The translations under genes and the position numbers were made by a program. From positions 368,900,001 to 368,964,000 of the forward strand of contig OZ024742.1 in assembly GCA_964016885.1 (NCBI GenBank): DNA of 64,000 bases, written 5' to 3'. The DNA comes from Eledone cirrhosa (lineage: Eukaryota). Shown here piece by piece: positions 13,615 through 25,659 of the stretch; position 1 is the first letter of the stretch; every line of letters begins with the position of its first letter. Under the pieces are notes generated by a model that worked only from the letters and a program-made list of their open reading frames with translations, was not told the origin of the DNA and searched no databases.

Positions 13615-14780
13615 AAGAAATATATATACATTTCTGTGTGTGTAATATATATATATATATACACACACAGAAATATATATATATTTCTGTGTGTGTAATA
13701 TATATATATACACACACAGAAATATATATACATTTCTGTGTGTGTAATATATATATATATACACACACAGAAATATATATATATATATACACACAGAAAT
13801 ATATATACATTTCTGTGTGTGTAATATATATATATATATATACACACACAGAAATATATATATATATACACACAGAAATATATATACATTTCTGTGTGTG
13901 TAATATATATATATATAAGGCTTCTCCCTCAGAATGAAAGGCAGACTGTATGATGCGTGTATCCGAACAGCGATGTTACATGGTAGTGAGACCTGGGCGC
14001 TGAAGGTGGAAGACTTATGTAGATTAGAGAGAAACGAAGCCTGCATGCTCCGATGGATGTGTAACAGTAATATACGTGAACGACAAAGCATAAATGAATT
14101 GAGAGAGAGACTGAGCATAAGAGGAATCAAATGCCGTGTGCAGGAGAGGCGGTTGCGCTGGTATGGACATGTGATGCGTACGAAGGATGACAGCTGCATA
14201 AAAAGGTGCAGAGCACTAGAAGTTGATGGAAACCGCAGAGTGGGGAGACCCAAGATGACCTGGGATGAGGTGATAAAAGCCGACCTTACCCAATTACACC
14301 TCTCAAAGGCAATGACACACGACCGTGACATCTGGCGTCACGCAGTAATACAGAGTACCCGACTTCCCATGGGTACAAGCTGAAGCATATAGACAATATG
14401 CCCCACACCCCCCACTGCAAGGTGGTCGTGGAGGTACCACGGCAAAAAAGCACCCAGCCCACACTGTAAAGTGGACGTGTAGGCGCCACGAAAAAGCACC
14501 CAGCACTCACTGTAAATGAGGTTGGTGTTAGGAAGGGCATCCAGCTGTAGAAATCAAGCCAGATCAGTTCCTGTATGAGCAAGGCATGGTCAGCCGACCA
14601 GACACTGCCCACAACAGGACAACCCGTCTAACCCATGCTAGCGTGGAAGAACGGACGTAAAACGGTGATGATGATGATGATGATGATATATATATACACA
14701 CACACACAGAAATATATATACATTTCTATGTGTGTAATATATATATATATACACACACACAGAAATATATGGACATTTCT
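13615..14780. repeat. second block of the self-complementary TA/CA minisatellite, interrupted by an RTE
   Basis: The same unit as 12590-13065 occurs on both sides of the 13918-14687 insertion. Confidence 0.85.
13918..14687 (+). mobile_element. 5'-truncated RTE LINE with long 3'UTR and (GAT)n tail
   Basis: ORF 13934-14383 reads KGRLYDAC..MLHGSETW..RLRWYGHVMR..GRPKMTW. The 3' end is aacccatgctagcgtgg...gacgtaaaacg(atg)n. Inserted in (TA)n. Confidence 0.93.
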
Positions 14781-15253
14781 CTGTTTGTCTGTCTGTCTGT
14801 CCTTCCCTAAAACTCAAATGTAGGTGCTACAGAAATATTACCTTCCCCTTCCTTTCTCCACTTTGGTACTACCAAGAGAAACACTGTCGCTATAGAAATA
14901 TTACCTACCCCTCTCCACTGACTTTGGTCACTGAGGCAGAGGGAATCGCTGGTTGCTATAGAGACACCTTGCACAAGCCAGAAGTAACCAGTTCGAGGCG
15001 GTTCTGACTTGACACCATGCCAAGGACCATTTGAAGATATATTTCCATCGTTATATCATAACGTTTATATTTCCGTCACTAATCTCTTTGTCTCCTTTTT
15101 CGTTTTAACATATATTTATTTCAAAGATTTCACCGTATAGATAACATATATATTTATACATGCATAAAAGACACACCGAGAGACGGTGAACATGTGGTGC
15201 CGAAAACATTTCTCATCCAAATCTCAACAATATCAGTATATACACTAGATTTG

Positions 15254-15290
15254 CTAGCAGAAAACCGCCCACCAGGTGGTTTTCTGCTAG
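15254..15290. repeat. 13-bp inverted repeat bounded by CTAG
   Basis: ctagcagaaaacc-N11-ggttttctgctag, abutting the Helitron-like 5' end. Confidence 0.85.
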
Positions 15291-16907
15291 TCTATATATA
15301 TAAAACTGAGGATGTCTGTCTGTGTGTGAGTTTGAATCCCTAAAACTAGAGAACCACCCAACCGACTGTTTTCAAACTTTACACATATAATACTTCTGTT
15401 TCAGGGAGTGTTCTGAGCAAAAACAATTTCAAATTTTCAATGCCTTAGGGACCGCATTAGGCGATTTAGCGATCTCTCTATATAATTCTTAGTCTTTCTC
15501 TTTTTAGATAGATACATATATCGTCGCACCCTTATAATATCTGTCTGTATGTCTGGCTGTCTGCACTACGTCACTTCCCACAATTCCCTCTTCATCCAGA
15601 ACTCGCCCTTATAATATCTGTCTGTATGTCTGACTGTCTGCATTGTACTCGGCGCGTCAATGTATGGCTGTTAAAAGGGCCGCGAACGCATTCTGCTTCA
15701 TTCTAAAGGCTACCAGTGGAAGCAACCGTAACACCCTCCTTCAAATGTCAGAGAATGCAGTCAAAGTCACTATTGAGGGCTACAAGTGAAGGCTCACATG
15801 GCCTTTTTAGGGCCACCACTTGAAATTGTTGATGGTTACCTCTCTTTACTGGGGTGTCAGTGAATGGCTTACACGGCCCTTTTAAGGGCCCTTGAAATAG
15901 CTGATGGTGAACCTTTCGTTTAGGGCTGCCAGTGAACGCGCACACGCCTCGGAGCCCATTTTATTGCACCATTCCTCTTTAAATTTATAAAATTATACCC
16001 CCAGTTTGGTAAACATTTGTCCAGTTGTGTTTACTTACTAAGGTGCGGTGGACTCCTTCGAGAAGGCTCCACATGCTGTCCGATTGCATGTCATGCCTTG
16101 CTCAAGCATTGCAGACTTCCCTCTGACATAAGTGGTGACATCTGTCCTGCTGACTCATGCCACTTTATTAACGTACAAAAGCACCAAGCCGATTTTCTCC
16201 ACGTGGAAGGAGAAGCATACCTAATACTAATTGAATCAGAGTATTCGGTTTATTTTCTTTACATATTGTCCAGGCATGCAGTTTTCCCACGATTAGGTCT
16301 GTTGGTGGCCTGCGTTATGTTTCAGGGAGTGTTATGCACATAAAAAATTCAACTTTTTGATCCCCTAGGGTCCACATTAGGTGAAAAACTGCATTTTTTT
16401 CAGCTTTTTAGGGGTATTTTGAGGCGTTACATCAGACCGATTTGGGTGAAAAACTGCATTTTTCAGGTTTTTAGGGGTTATTTAAGGCGTTACGTCAAAC
16501 CGATTTCCTTGAAATTGTAACTATGTATTAGTCAGTCTCTTCTTCATACCATGAGCAAAGAAAATCCAACTTTTTTATGGCCTAGGGCCCGCATTAGGTG
16601 AAAAACTTCATTTTCTCAGCTTTTTAAGGCTTTTTTGGGACTTAACATCTAGCCGATTTTCCTGAAATGTTAAGGCATACTATAAACATTAAAAAAATTC
16701 ATTTTCTTGATGCCCTAGGGCCCACATTAGGTCAAATGCATTTTTCCTGCTTCATTGAGGAAAATCTTAAAGATTATCCAGCCATCAGAATATTCGGTTT
16801 ATTTTCTTTGCATATTATCGAGGCATGCAGTTTTTCCACGATTAAGTCAACTGGCGGTCTGCATTCCAAAATACCTTATCCCGTGCAACGCCGGGTACCA
16901 TTGCTAG
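15291..16907 (+). mobile_element. non-autonomous Helitron
   Basis: 5' end TCtatatatataaaactgaggatgtctgtctg. 3' end has a GC-rich hairpin (cccgtgcaacgccggg) followed by CTAG then T. Internal subrepeats cctagggcccacattagg occur near 15443, 16364, 16581 and 16713. Confidence 0.7.
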
Positions 16908-16974
16908 TGTATATTATTTATTTATATATATATATATATATGTGTGTGTATATGTATGGATGCGACCAGATTTC

Positions 16975-17290
16975 AACACAGCAACAACTACAACAACAAC
17001 AGCAGCAACACCACCAACAACAACAGCAGCAACAACGGCAACAACACCATTGTCTGTGTTGAATGTGTGTGTATGTCTGTGTTTGTATATATGCGACAGC
17101 AATAACAGCATCAACACCATTGTCTGCAGCAACAGCAGCAGTGAAATGAAGAACAACAACAACAGCAACGACAACAACTACAATAACAACTACAGCACCA
17201 ACAACTGCCACCACCATCACTGACCATCCACCACCACCACACTGACACCATCCACCACCATTCACCACCACCAACGCCATTACCAGCGTA
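16975..17290. repeat. (CAA/CAG/CAC)n low-complexity tract
   Basis: Direct reading. Confidence 0.85.
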
Positions 17291-17572
17291 AAGCAAACAA
17301 TTATTATTATTGTTATTATATACAAGCTGAACTGGACTGGGAAAGGTCAACAGTTGACATAATATTGATTTTGATTTTGATGATTTTGATTTTGATGATT
17401 TTGATTTTGATGATTTTGATTTTATATTTGTATCAGTACTGTCAGTAATATATGTATATATATGTGTGTTTGTGAGTGGTGTGTGTGATTGTATGCATGA
17501 ATGAGTGTTGGTGTGTGAGTGTTTGTGTGTGCGTCGTGTCAATAAGTTGTTTTTTTTTGTTTTGTTTTTTTA

Positions 17573-20500
17573 TGACCATACTGTAAAATGGAGGGGTAGA
17601 GAGGGCCCTTGAGTCTAGTAAGACATCCTCTCTAGTGCTGGTGGCACAAATAAAAGCACCCAGTCCATGCTGTAAAGTGGCGCTGGTGTTAGGAAGGGCA
17701 TCCAACCAGTGTATCAATGCCAAAACTCTTATCAGCACAGCAACAAATAGGAACAACAACAAAATATGAAGACGTCGCATCTCAGAGTTGCAACACTTAA
17801 TGTTGGCACTCTCAGAGGTAGATCTGCTGAAATAGCGGAGATGCTGGAGAGAAGGCAGGTGGATGTGTGCTGCGTGCAAGAGGTGAGATGGAGAGGTGCC
17901 TCTGCGAGACTAGTCGTAGGCAAGCGTCTTAGCTATAAGCTATTCTGGGTAGGTAAGGATGATGGGCTAGGGGGAGTAGGCATTTTCCTGGCTGAGAAAT
18001 GGATCAATAAGACAATAGTGGTAGTTCGAGTTAGTAATCGAATAATTAAGCTTAGATTAGTTGTAGGTAGGAGACTACTGACAATCATCTCGGCCTATGC
18101 TCCCCAAGCAGGCCTAGGCAAAGATGAGAAAGACTGCTTTTATGAGCAACTTTTGCAAACAACCGCAATGACAGAGGACGGAGACATTGTTATGCTAGCA
18201 GGAGGCTTCAATGGTCATGTTGGACAGCTCCAGGATGATTACACTGGGGTACATGGTGGGCACGGTTATGGTTCAAGAAATGAAGGAGTGAGACTTCTTG
18301 AATTTTGTGATGCGGGTACATTGACTATTTGCAACACAAACTTCCAGAAACCTGCCAATCACCTAATAACCTACAAATCTGGTGAGCACATAAGCCAGAT
18401 TGACTTCCTGCTAGTTAGGCAGCGGGACAGGCAGATAGTGTCTAATACCAAGGCATACCCTGGGGAAGAATGTACCCCACAGCATAGGTTAGTTGTTAGT
18501 GATATCTCAGTAAGCAAGAGATGGAATGAGACATATAGGAAGGTGTGGAGAAGAAAGGTCTGGAAGCTAAAAGACCTTTCACTAAAATACAAATTTAGGA
18601 AAGCCCTTCAAGATGTATATGACGAAAAAGAAGACGATTTAGAGACGTATGACATAGATAATAACTGGAATTTCTTACGTGAAAACTTGCTGCAGGCTAC
18701 TGATGAAACCTGTGGCTGGAGCAGAGCTGGTGGTGGAACAGCACAGTAGATAAGGCTATTAGAGACAAAAGACTAGCATGGAAGGCTTGGAAAAAGGGTG
18801 GGAGTAGGGAAGAATATACAGCCACTAAGAGAGAAGCTAGACGTCAGGTGTACTTAGCACGCAGGGAGGCAGAGAGTAGGAGGTTTGCCAATGTTCTGCG
18901 ACGGGAAGATCAGAGGCGTGCGGTGTTCCACATTGCAAGGCAGTGTGTCAATGCAAATCAGGATGTTGTTGGAGATAAATGTGTCCGGGATGATGCCGGT
19001 GTACTTAGTGTCACGAATGATCAGAAAAAGGAGGCCTGGAAATGTCATTATGAGAGACTGATGAATGTGGAGAACGAATGGGAGTGAGAGAAATTACCCT
19101 TGGTGGATCCGACAGAGGGACCAGCTATTGAGATTGACGAATATAGGGTCCAAGAGGCGATTAGGGAAATGAAAAATGGTAAGGCTGCCGGACCATCGGG
19201 AATAGTTGCAGAGATGCTGAAGGCATCAGGGGACGTAGGCACTAAACTGGTTGCACGCATCATCAATCAGGCTATATATGGTGGTGTCATACCCAAAGAC
19301 TGGTGCAGCAGTATTCTCATAAATTGCTACAAAGGTAAGGGGGATGCTTTGGAGAGGAGCAATTATAGGGGTATAAAACTGATAGATCAGGTTATGAAAG
19401 TGGCAGAAAGGATTTTAGCACAACTAATTAGAGAAAGGGTCAAACTAGATGAGATGCAGTTTGGTTTTGTGACTGGGAAGAGTACAACAGATGCCCTCTT
19501 CTTGGTGAGACAATTGCAAGAGAGGTTCTTAGAGAAGAATAAGCCACTATACTTAGCCTTTGTTGACCTAGAGAAGGCCTTTGATAGGGTACCTCGATCT
19601 GTCATCTGGTGGTGCCTAAGGAAGCTAGGTGTTGAGGAATGGCTTGTGAGGACAGTGCAAACTTTGTACAGAGGTACTCTCAGTAAAGTCAGGGTAGGAA
19701 TGGAGTTTAGTGAGGAATTCCAGATACATGTAGGAGTACATCAGGGTTCGGTCCTCAGCCCGCTCTTGTTTATTATAGTCCTCCAAGCCATAACAGAGGA
19801 GTTTAAGACTGGCTGTCCATGGGAACTTCTCTACGCTGACGATCTGGTTCTTATAGCATAATCAGTAGAGGAGCTAGAGAATAAATTATGGCTATGGAAA
19901 CAGCAGTTGGAAGCAAGAGGACTGAGAGTGAATATAGCTAGGACACAAGTGTTGATGAGTAAAAAAGAGGACAAAACCCTGATTCCGTCAGGGAAATGGC
20001 CATGTTCGATATGCAGAAAAGGAACTGGCATAAACTCTATAAAATGCACACAATGCAGATCCTGGGTACACAAGAAATGTAGCGGGATAGCAGGCAAACT
20101 AACAGGTAGGGAGAAATATGTATGCAGTAGATGTACAGGGAAATTAGACAGTAGAAGTCGCACTGATAGACACATTTTTCAAATGCAAGAGGGCGCTATA
20201 GAAGTGGTGGATAGCTTCCGGTACCTAGGAGATCAGATTAGCATGGGAGGAGGGTGTTCCGAGGCCATAGTATCTAGAATAAGGACGGGAGCTGTTTCCT
20301 CTGTTGATGAAGAAGGGTTTCTCCCTGCGTACAAAAGGCCGGTTGTATGATGCCTGTGTGAGGAGCGCGATGCTGCATGGTAGTGAGACATGGGCAGCAA
20401 CTTCAGAGGATATGCGACGGCTGGAGAGAAATGAGGCAAGCATGCTCCGTTGGATGTGCAGTGTAAATGTGCGTGAACGACCCAGCATAAATGTGTTGAG

Positions 20501-20793
20501 AGGGAAACTGTGTCTGAGAGGGATAGAATGTAGTGTACGGGAGAGGAGACTGAGGTGGTATGGACATGTGATGCGCATGGAGGATGACCGATGGGTGAAG
20601 AAGTGCCAGGAATTGCCAGTTGAAGGAAGACGTGGTAGAGGTAGACCACGAAAAATATGGGCGGAGGTGGTGAGAACAGACCTCAGATCATTGAAGCTCA
20701 CGGTGGAGATGACGAGGGACTGTGACGAGTGGAGAGATGCTGTGCTGAATAAGACCCGTCCCACCCTTGCTAGCAGGGAAAAGCTGACGTAAA

Positions 20794-20828
<35 letters not shown>
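17573..20828 (+). mobile_element. near-full-length RTE-clade LINE (APE + RT + PHD-like finger), disrupted
   Basis: APE motifs (TLNV, VQEVRW, SAYAPQ, SQIDF, QHRLV) at 17766-18749. RT motifs (AFVDLEKAFD, GVHQGSVLSPLLF, YADD) at 19100-19861. C-terminal RLRWYGHVMR..GRPRK and a (GAT)n tail. The 5' boundary is approximate. Confidence 0.95.
17766..20792 (+). pseudogene. disrupted RTE endonuclease/reverse-transcriptase ORF
   Basis: One ancestral ORF broken by a frameshift near 18725, stops near 19086 and 19860, and a deletion/frameshift near 20290. Confidence 0.9.
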
Positions 20829-21479
20829 ATATACATACACACAATTGTTTGAGAATGAGACAGAGTGCACATTTTTCATCATTCTTTTGTACCATTATAG
20901 CATTGAGTCCTTCATTTTAATTGTGATTTCCCTTCTACTTATGCACAATTGTGTGTGTGTATGTATATATTTATGTGTGTGTATCTATATGTGTGTGTGT
21001 GTATCTATATCAGTGTGTGTATACATACATAGAAAATAAAAATAACAACCACTGAAGAGTATAATGAAATGGAGACACCACTCCCTAACAAGAATCTTTT
21101 GAAATGAGATTCTGTGGAAGACTTTAAATAAAAAGAAATGAAAAAGGTAGACATGAGATTATACAACTGGAAAAACTAAAAGTTTAAACTAGTAAAAGCA
21201 AACAAAAGAAAGCGGGATAACTTTCCATTAAATGACTTAGAATTCTATTTCTATCATTAAAAGAGAATAAACTAAGCCATTTGTATGGCAACCAATGTAG
21301 AATCTTATATAATTTACTCAGTCATTTGTCAAGTTAGTGAAGTTTATGCTTCAATTATGAGGTCAGAATAAGAAGGAAACATGCTTGGGTCATTTCCACA
21401 CACAAACTAAAAAAAAAGGAAAATTGTTTTAATATTGGTCATTAATTGATATTGTTTGTTTTCTTTGTTGTAATTGTTG

Positions 21480-21780
21480 TTGTTGGACGTCTGTTGGTTC
21501 CAACAGCAAGTGTTCCAGTGGATTGATCATCCAAGCAGCCTGTTTATGAAATAAACACAAGTGGCTAAGCATAACACAGATATAGTCTTAACATAGTTCT
21601 CAAGGACACTGTGACACAATACATGGTAAAGATGGTCCTCCTTTGAATTACATGAACTCTTTTTTGTCAGCTGAGTGGACTGGAACAATTTAAAATAAAG
21701 CTGAAGAACACAACATGCTGCTAGGAATTGAACTCATGACCATACAATTGATAACCAAACAACCTAACTACTAAGCCATC
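21480..21780 (-). mobile_element. tRNA-derived SINE, family 2, decayed
   Basis: cagctgagtggactggaacaat..aaataaag..gaacacaac..ggaattgaactc..ctaagccat is shared with 22440-22530 and 63850-63995. The minus strand has a B-box (gagttcaattcc). The left boundary is approximate. Confidence 0.65.
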
Positions 21781-21835
21781 CAGTTTTACTTCATAACATA
21801 TATAATTAATTCAATTTAGTTATTTTTAATGTAAG

Positions 21836-22535
21836 AGTAAGATCCCCTTTAGTCACGAATGACCATGGGATTTACACCTAGAAAGTTCCCCTCCATGGCC
21901 CAAGTCCAGGCAAGGTAGTTTGTGGAAGACCAGCAATCTCCCATGTATACGCTGCCGACGCGTTGATCGGGTACCTACCACCAGTCTTCGTCTTCGCCTG
22001 AATCTTCGACCTCTTCCTTCAGTGCTTCTGCAACGGCGCTTGAGATGGTTTGGTCACGCGGCCCGGCGCCCTGAGGGTGAGCTGATCCGCGATGTTCTCC
22101 TCCCACCTCCACTCCCTAACTGGCGCAAGCGCGTTGGCGGGCAGCTGAAGACCTGGGCAACGATGATCAAGGAGGACGACTCCGAACTCTCAAGTCCGCA
22201 GGTGGTCAGCCTGCGCCGATGGAACTGTGACCGGCTCGCTATCTCCAATGACCTAGCCCGGGACCGTCGTGCGTGGGCTGCCATGGTTCGGGATGCTGTC
22301 AGGACAAGGGAAGAAGCCGGCTCAACCCGTCCAGGGTGAATGTCGACACAAGTACAAGTACATGTATACCAGTCTCCTCCTCTCCACCGATGTTGTCCAA
22401 GAGTAAGGCAAAGGTTGCTACAGCTTGGTACCAGTGATGTTACAACTCATTTCTACAGTTGAGAGAACTGGAGCAACATGAAATAAAGTGTCTTGCTCAA
22501 GAACACAAAGTCCTGTCCAAGAATCAAACTCAATG
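21836..22535 (-). mobile_element. SINE family 2 copy split by an RTE insertion
   Basis: The right part matches family 2, and the sequence is continuous across the 9-bp target-site duplication catgtatac. Confidence 0.6.
21951..22360 (+). mobile_element. 5'-truncated GC-rich RTE with (CAAGTA)n tail and 9-bp TSD
   Basis: RRLRWFGHAARRPEGELIRD..GGQLKTW..DRRAW..AGSTRPG stop. Tail caagtacaagta. TSD catgtatac at 21942-21950 and 22361-22369. Confidence 0.92.
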
Positions 22536-23017
22536 TACTACACATTAAACATGTTAACACTAACATTACTATACCTCATAAATCTTTTTATCTACAAATA
22601 TTATCAATGATTTCTCATAAATTAAAAACATAACTAGCAATACTGGAATTCTTCAAAATCTGTCAGTTTATAAAACAAATGTATAGTACAGGGTGTCCTT
22701 AAAATCTGGACAGAAATGTGGAGTTAATGCAGTGGGTTTACTTGAATCTCACTAAGTACATCATTCTTTGCATCACAAATGTTGGAAATCACGTTTTTCC
22801 ATGCTCACATGGGTTGGATGGGTTCCCCTCCAGCAAATCTGTCCACTTACCACATTTCTTCATCATCTCTGTAAATCTCAGCAATTAATATATCAATTAA
22901 ATAAGATCTTTATTGAAAATATGTATTTTGCCTGTGTCCAGGCTTTAGGAAGCCTTGTAGAGGGAATGAACACTTGAACATTCTCGAAATTAGCAAATCT
23001 AACTCCGGTTATATCAT

Positions 23018-24860
23018 TTGGTAAGTGTAAATGTGAAACATTTAGTAAGTGTAGATGTGAAGAATTTGGTAAGTGTAAATGTGGACGGTTTAGTAAGTGT
23101 AAATGTGAGATTTAGTAAGTGTAAATGTGGAAATTTAGTAAGTGTAAATGTGAGAGATTTAGTAAGTGTAAATGTGAAATATTTAGTAGGTGTAGATGGA
23201 GATTTAGTAAGTGTAAATGTTAAAAGTTTAGCAAGTGTTGATGTGGAAGATTTGATAAGTGTAGGTGTGGAAGATTTGATAAGTGTAGGTGTGGAAGGTT
23301 TGGTAAGTGTAGATGTGGAAGGTTTAGCAAGTGTAGATGTGGAAGATTTTATAAGTGTAGATGTGGAAGGTTTAGCAAGTGTAGATGTGGAAGATTTTAT
23401 ACGTGTGGATGTGGGCGGTTTAGCAAGTGTGGATGTGGACGGTTTAGCAAGTGTAGATGTGGAAGGTTTAGCAAGTGTAGATGTGGAAGATTTTATAAGT
23501 GTAGATGTGGAAGGTTTAGCAAGTGTAGATGTGGAAGGTTTAGCAAGTGTAGATGTAGAAGGTTTAGCAAGTGTAGATGTGGAAGATTTTATAAGTGTAG
23601 ATGTGGAAGGTTTAGCAAGTGTAGATGTGGAAGGTTTAGCAAGTGTAGATGTAGAAGGTTTAGCAAGTGTAGATGTGGAAGGTTTAGCAAGTGTAGATGT
23701 GGAAGATTTTATAAGTGTAGATGTGGAAGGTTTAGCAAGTGTAGATGTGGAAGATTTTATACGTGTGGATGTGGACGGTTTAGCAAGTGTGGGTGTGGAC
23801 GGTTTAGCAAGTGTGGATGTGGACGGTTTAGCAAGTGTAGATGTGGAAGGTTTAGCAAGTGTAGATGTGGAAGGTTTTATAAGTGTAGATGTGGAAGGTT
23901 TAGCAAGTGTAGATGTGGAAGGTTTAGCAAGTGTAGATGTGGAAGGTTTAGCAAGTGTAGATGTAGAAGGTTTAGCAAGTGTTGATGTGGAAGGTTTAGC
24001 AAGTGTAGATGTAGAAGATTTGGCAAGTGTAGATGTAGAAGGTTTAGCAAGTGTAGATGTGGAAGGTTTAGCAAGTGTAGATGTGGAAGGTTTAGCAAGT
24101 GTAGATGTGGAAGGTTTAGCAAGTGTAGATGTGGAAGGTTTAGCAAGTGTAGATGTGGAAGGTTTAGCAAGTGTAGATGTGGAAGGTTTAGCAAGTGTAG
24201 ATGTGGAAGGTTTAGCAAGTGTAGATGTGGAAGATTTGGCAAGTGTAGATGTAGAAGGTTTAGCAAGTGTAGATGTGGAAGGTTTAGCAAGTGTAGATGT
24301 GGAAGGTTTAGCAAGTGTAGATGTGGAAGGTTTAGCAAGTGTAGATGTGGAAGGTTTAGCAAGTGTAGATGTGGAAGGTTTAGCAAGTGTAGATGTGGAA
24401 GGTTTAGCAAGTGTAGATGTGGAAGGTTTAGCAAGTGTAGATGTGGAAGGTTTAGCAAGTGTAGATGTGGAAGGTTTAACAAGTGTAGATGTGGAAGGTT
24501 TAGCAAGTGTAGATGTGGAAGGTTTAGCAAGTGTAGATGTGGAAGGTTTAGCAAGTGTAGATGTGGAAGGTTTAGCAAGTGTAGATGTGGAAGATTTGAT
24601 AAGTGTAGATGTGGAAGATTTGATAAGTGTAGATGTAGAAGATTTGATAAGTGTAGATGTAGAAGATTTGATAAGTGTAGATGTAGAAGATTTGATAAGT
24701 GTAGATGTAGAAGATTTGATAAGTGTAGATGTGGAAGGTTTAGCAAGTGTAGATGTGGAAGATTTGATAAGTGTAGATGTGGAAGGTTTAGCAAGTATAG
24801 ATGTGGAAGATTTGGTAAGTGTAAATGTGAAAGGTTTAGTAAGTGTAAATGTGAAAGATT
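23018..24860. repeat. 24-bp minisatellite, about 76 copies
   Basis: Unit gcaagtgtagatgtggaaggttta, with degenerate ends. Confidence 0.97.
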
Positions 24861-24877
24861 AATTAAAAGATAATTAC

Positions 24878-25173
24878 CCGATATCCGTTAATGGTGGCTT
24901 TTCCCTGCCTCTTCGGTAACAAATATACATTTCTGAACAACGTATGCTACCATGATTGAGGTCTGCTAGAAAGCCAGTTTGTGTTCGTTCAAGACAAACA
25001 TAACCTTTTGGTTCCTTTTCAGCTAAAGATTTATTGATAACACATATGTCAGTGATTGGATCTTGCTTATGTGTTGGTTTAATAACAGTTTCATTTGTGG
25101 ATTCTTCTAGTGGTAATGGGGTTTCAGGTAGTCCAGCTACCACAAAATAATCTGCAACTCTGCGATCATCCAT
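24878..25173 (-). CDS. DENND4: first coding exon of a DENND4/Crag-family Rab GEF (N-terminal MABP region)
   Basis: [52 protein letters not shown] matches the DENND4A/B/C and Drosophila Crag N-terminus ([26 protein letters not shown]). Acceptor tcttattttag directly precedes the ATG. A phase-2 donor GG|gtaatt follows at 24877. Confidence 0.95.
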
Positions 25174-25474
25174 CTAAAATAAGATAACAATTATTAATTA
25201 TTTCAGACAATGTAAAGAGTTTTGCAATGGAATTTACAAAATTAAAGAACAAACTGAAACAGGTCAAAAGTTAATGATTTTTTTCTACATTTTTTTTCTT
25301 TCAACTGTTCAGTTGGAGAGAGAAAAGCAGGGCTCATGGACCTTTCCATGAGTCTCTGTGATTTATAAGAGGCACAACTGGAGATTATTTTCAAACTGGA
25401 AAACTGGACAGAGCGCTTGTAATGAAGTAGACTCTAAAGGCACCCTACAAATTATATATATATATATATCTATA

Positions 25475-25650
25475 TCATCATCAGTTTAATGTCTATCTTT
25501 CCAATGCTTGCATGGGTTAAACAAGTCATCCACATTATGAGACAAGTCTGGCCAGTTGGCTGCACCATACCTTGCTCAAACGGAACTCTGTTTTGGCTGG
25601 GGATTTTACAGCTAGATGCCCTTCCTAACACCAACCACATTTACAGCTGA
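25475..25650 (-). mobile_element. non-coding RTE-tail element (GGAAGGGCATC module + 3' end)
   Basis: Reverse complement reads gttggtgttaggaagggcatctagctgtaaaa...aacccatgcaagcattgg...(tga)n, like the 3'UTRs at 14520-14687 and 57235-57379. Confidence 0.75.
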
Positions 25651-25659
25651 TTAGGGAAT

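Noticed and set aside
22687-22712. Tc1/mariner-like terminus tacagggtgtcc
   Set aside because: No matching second terminus was found nearby.
23018-24862. 614-aa VDVEGLAS repeat ORF
   Set aside because: It has a non-ATG start, coincides exactly with a 24-bp array, is open on both strands and is antisense within the DENND4 intron.
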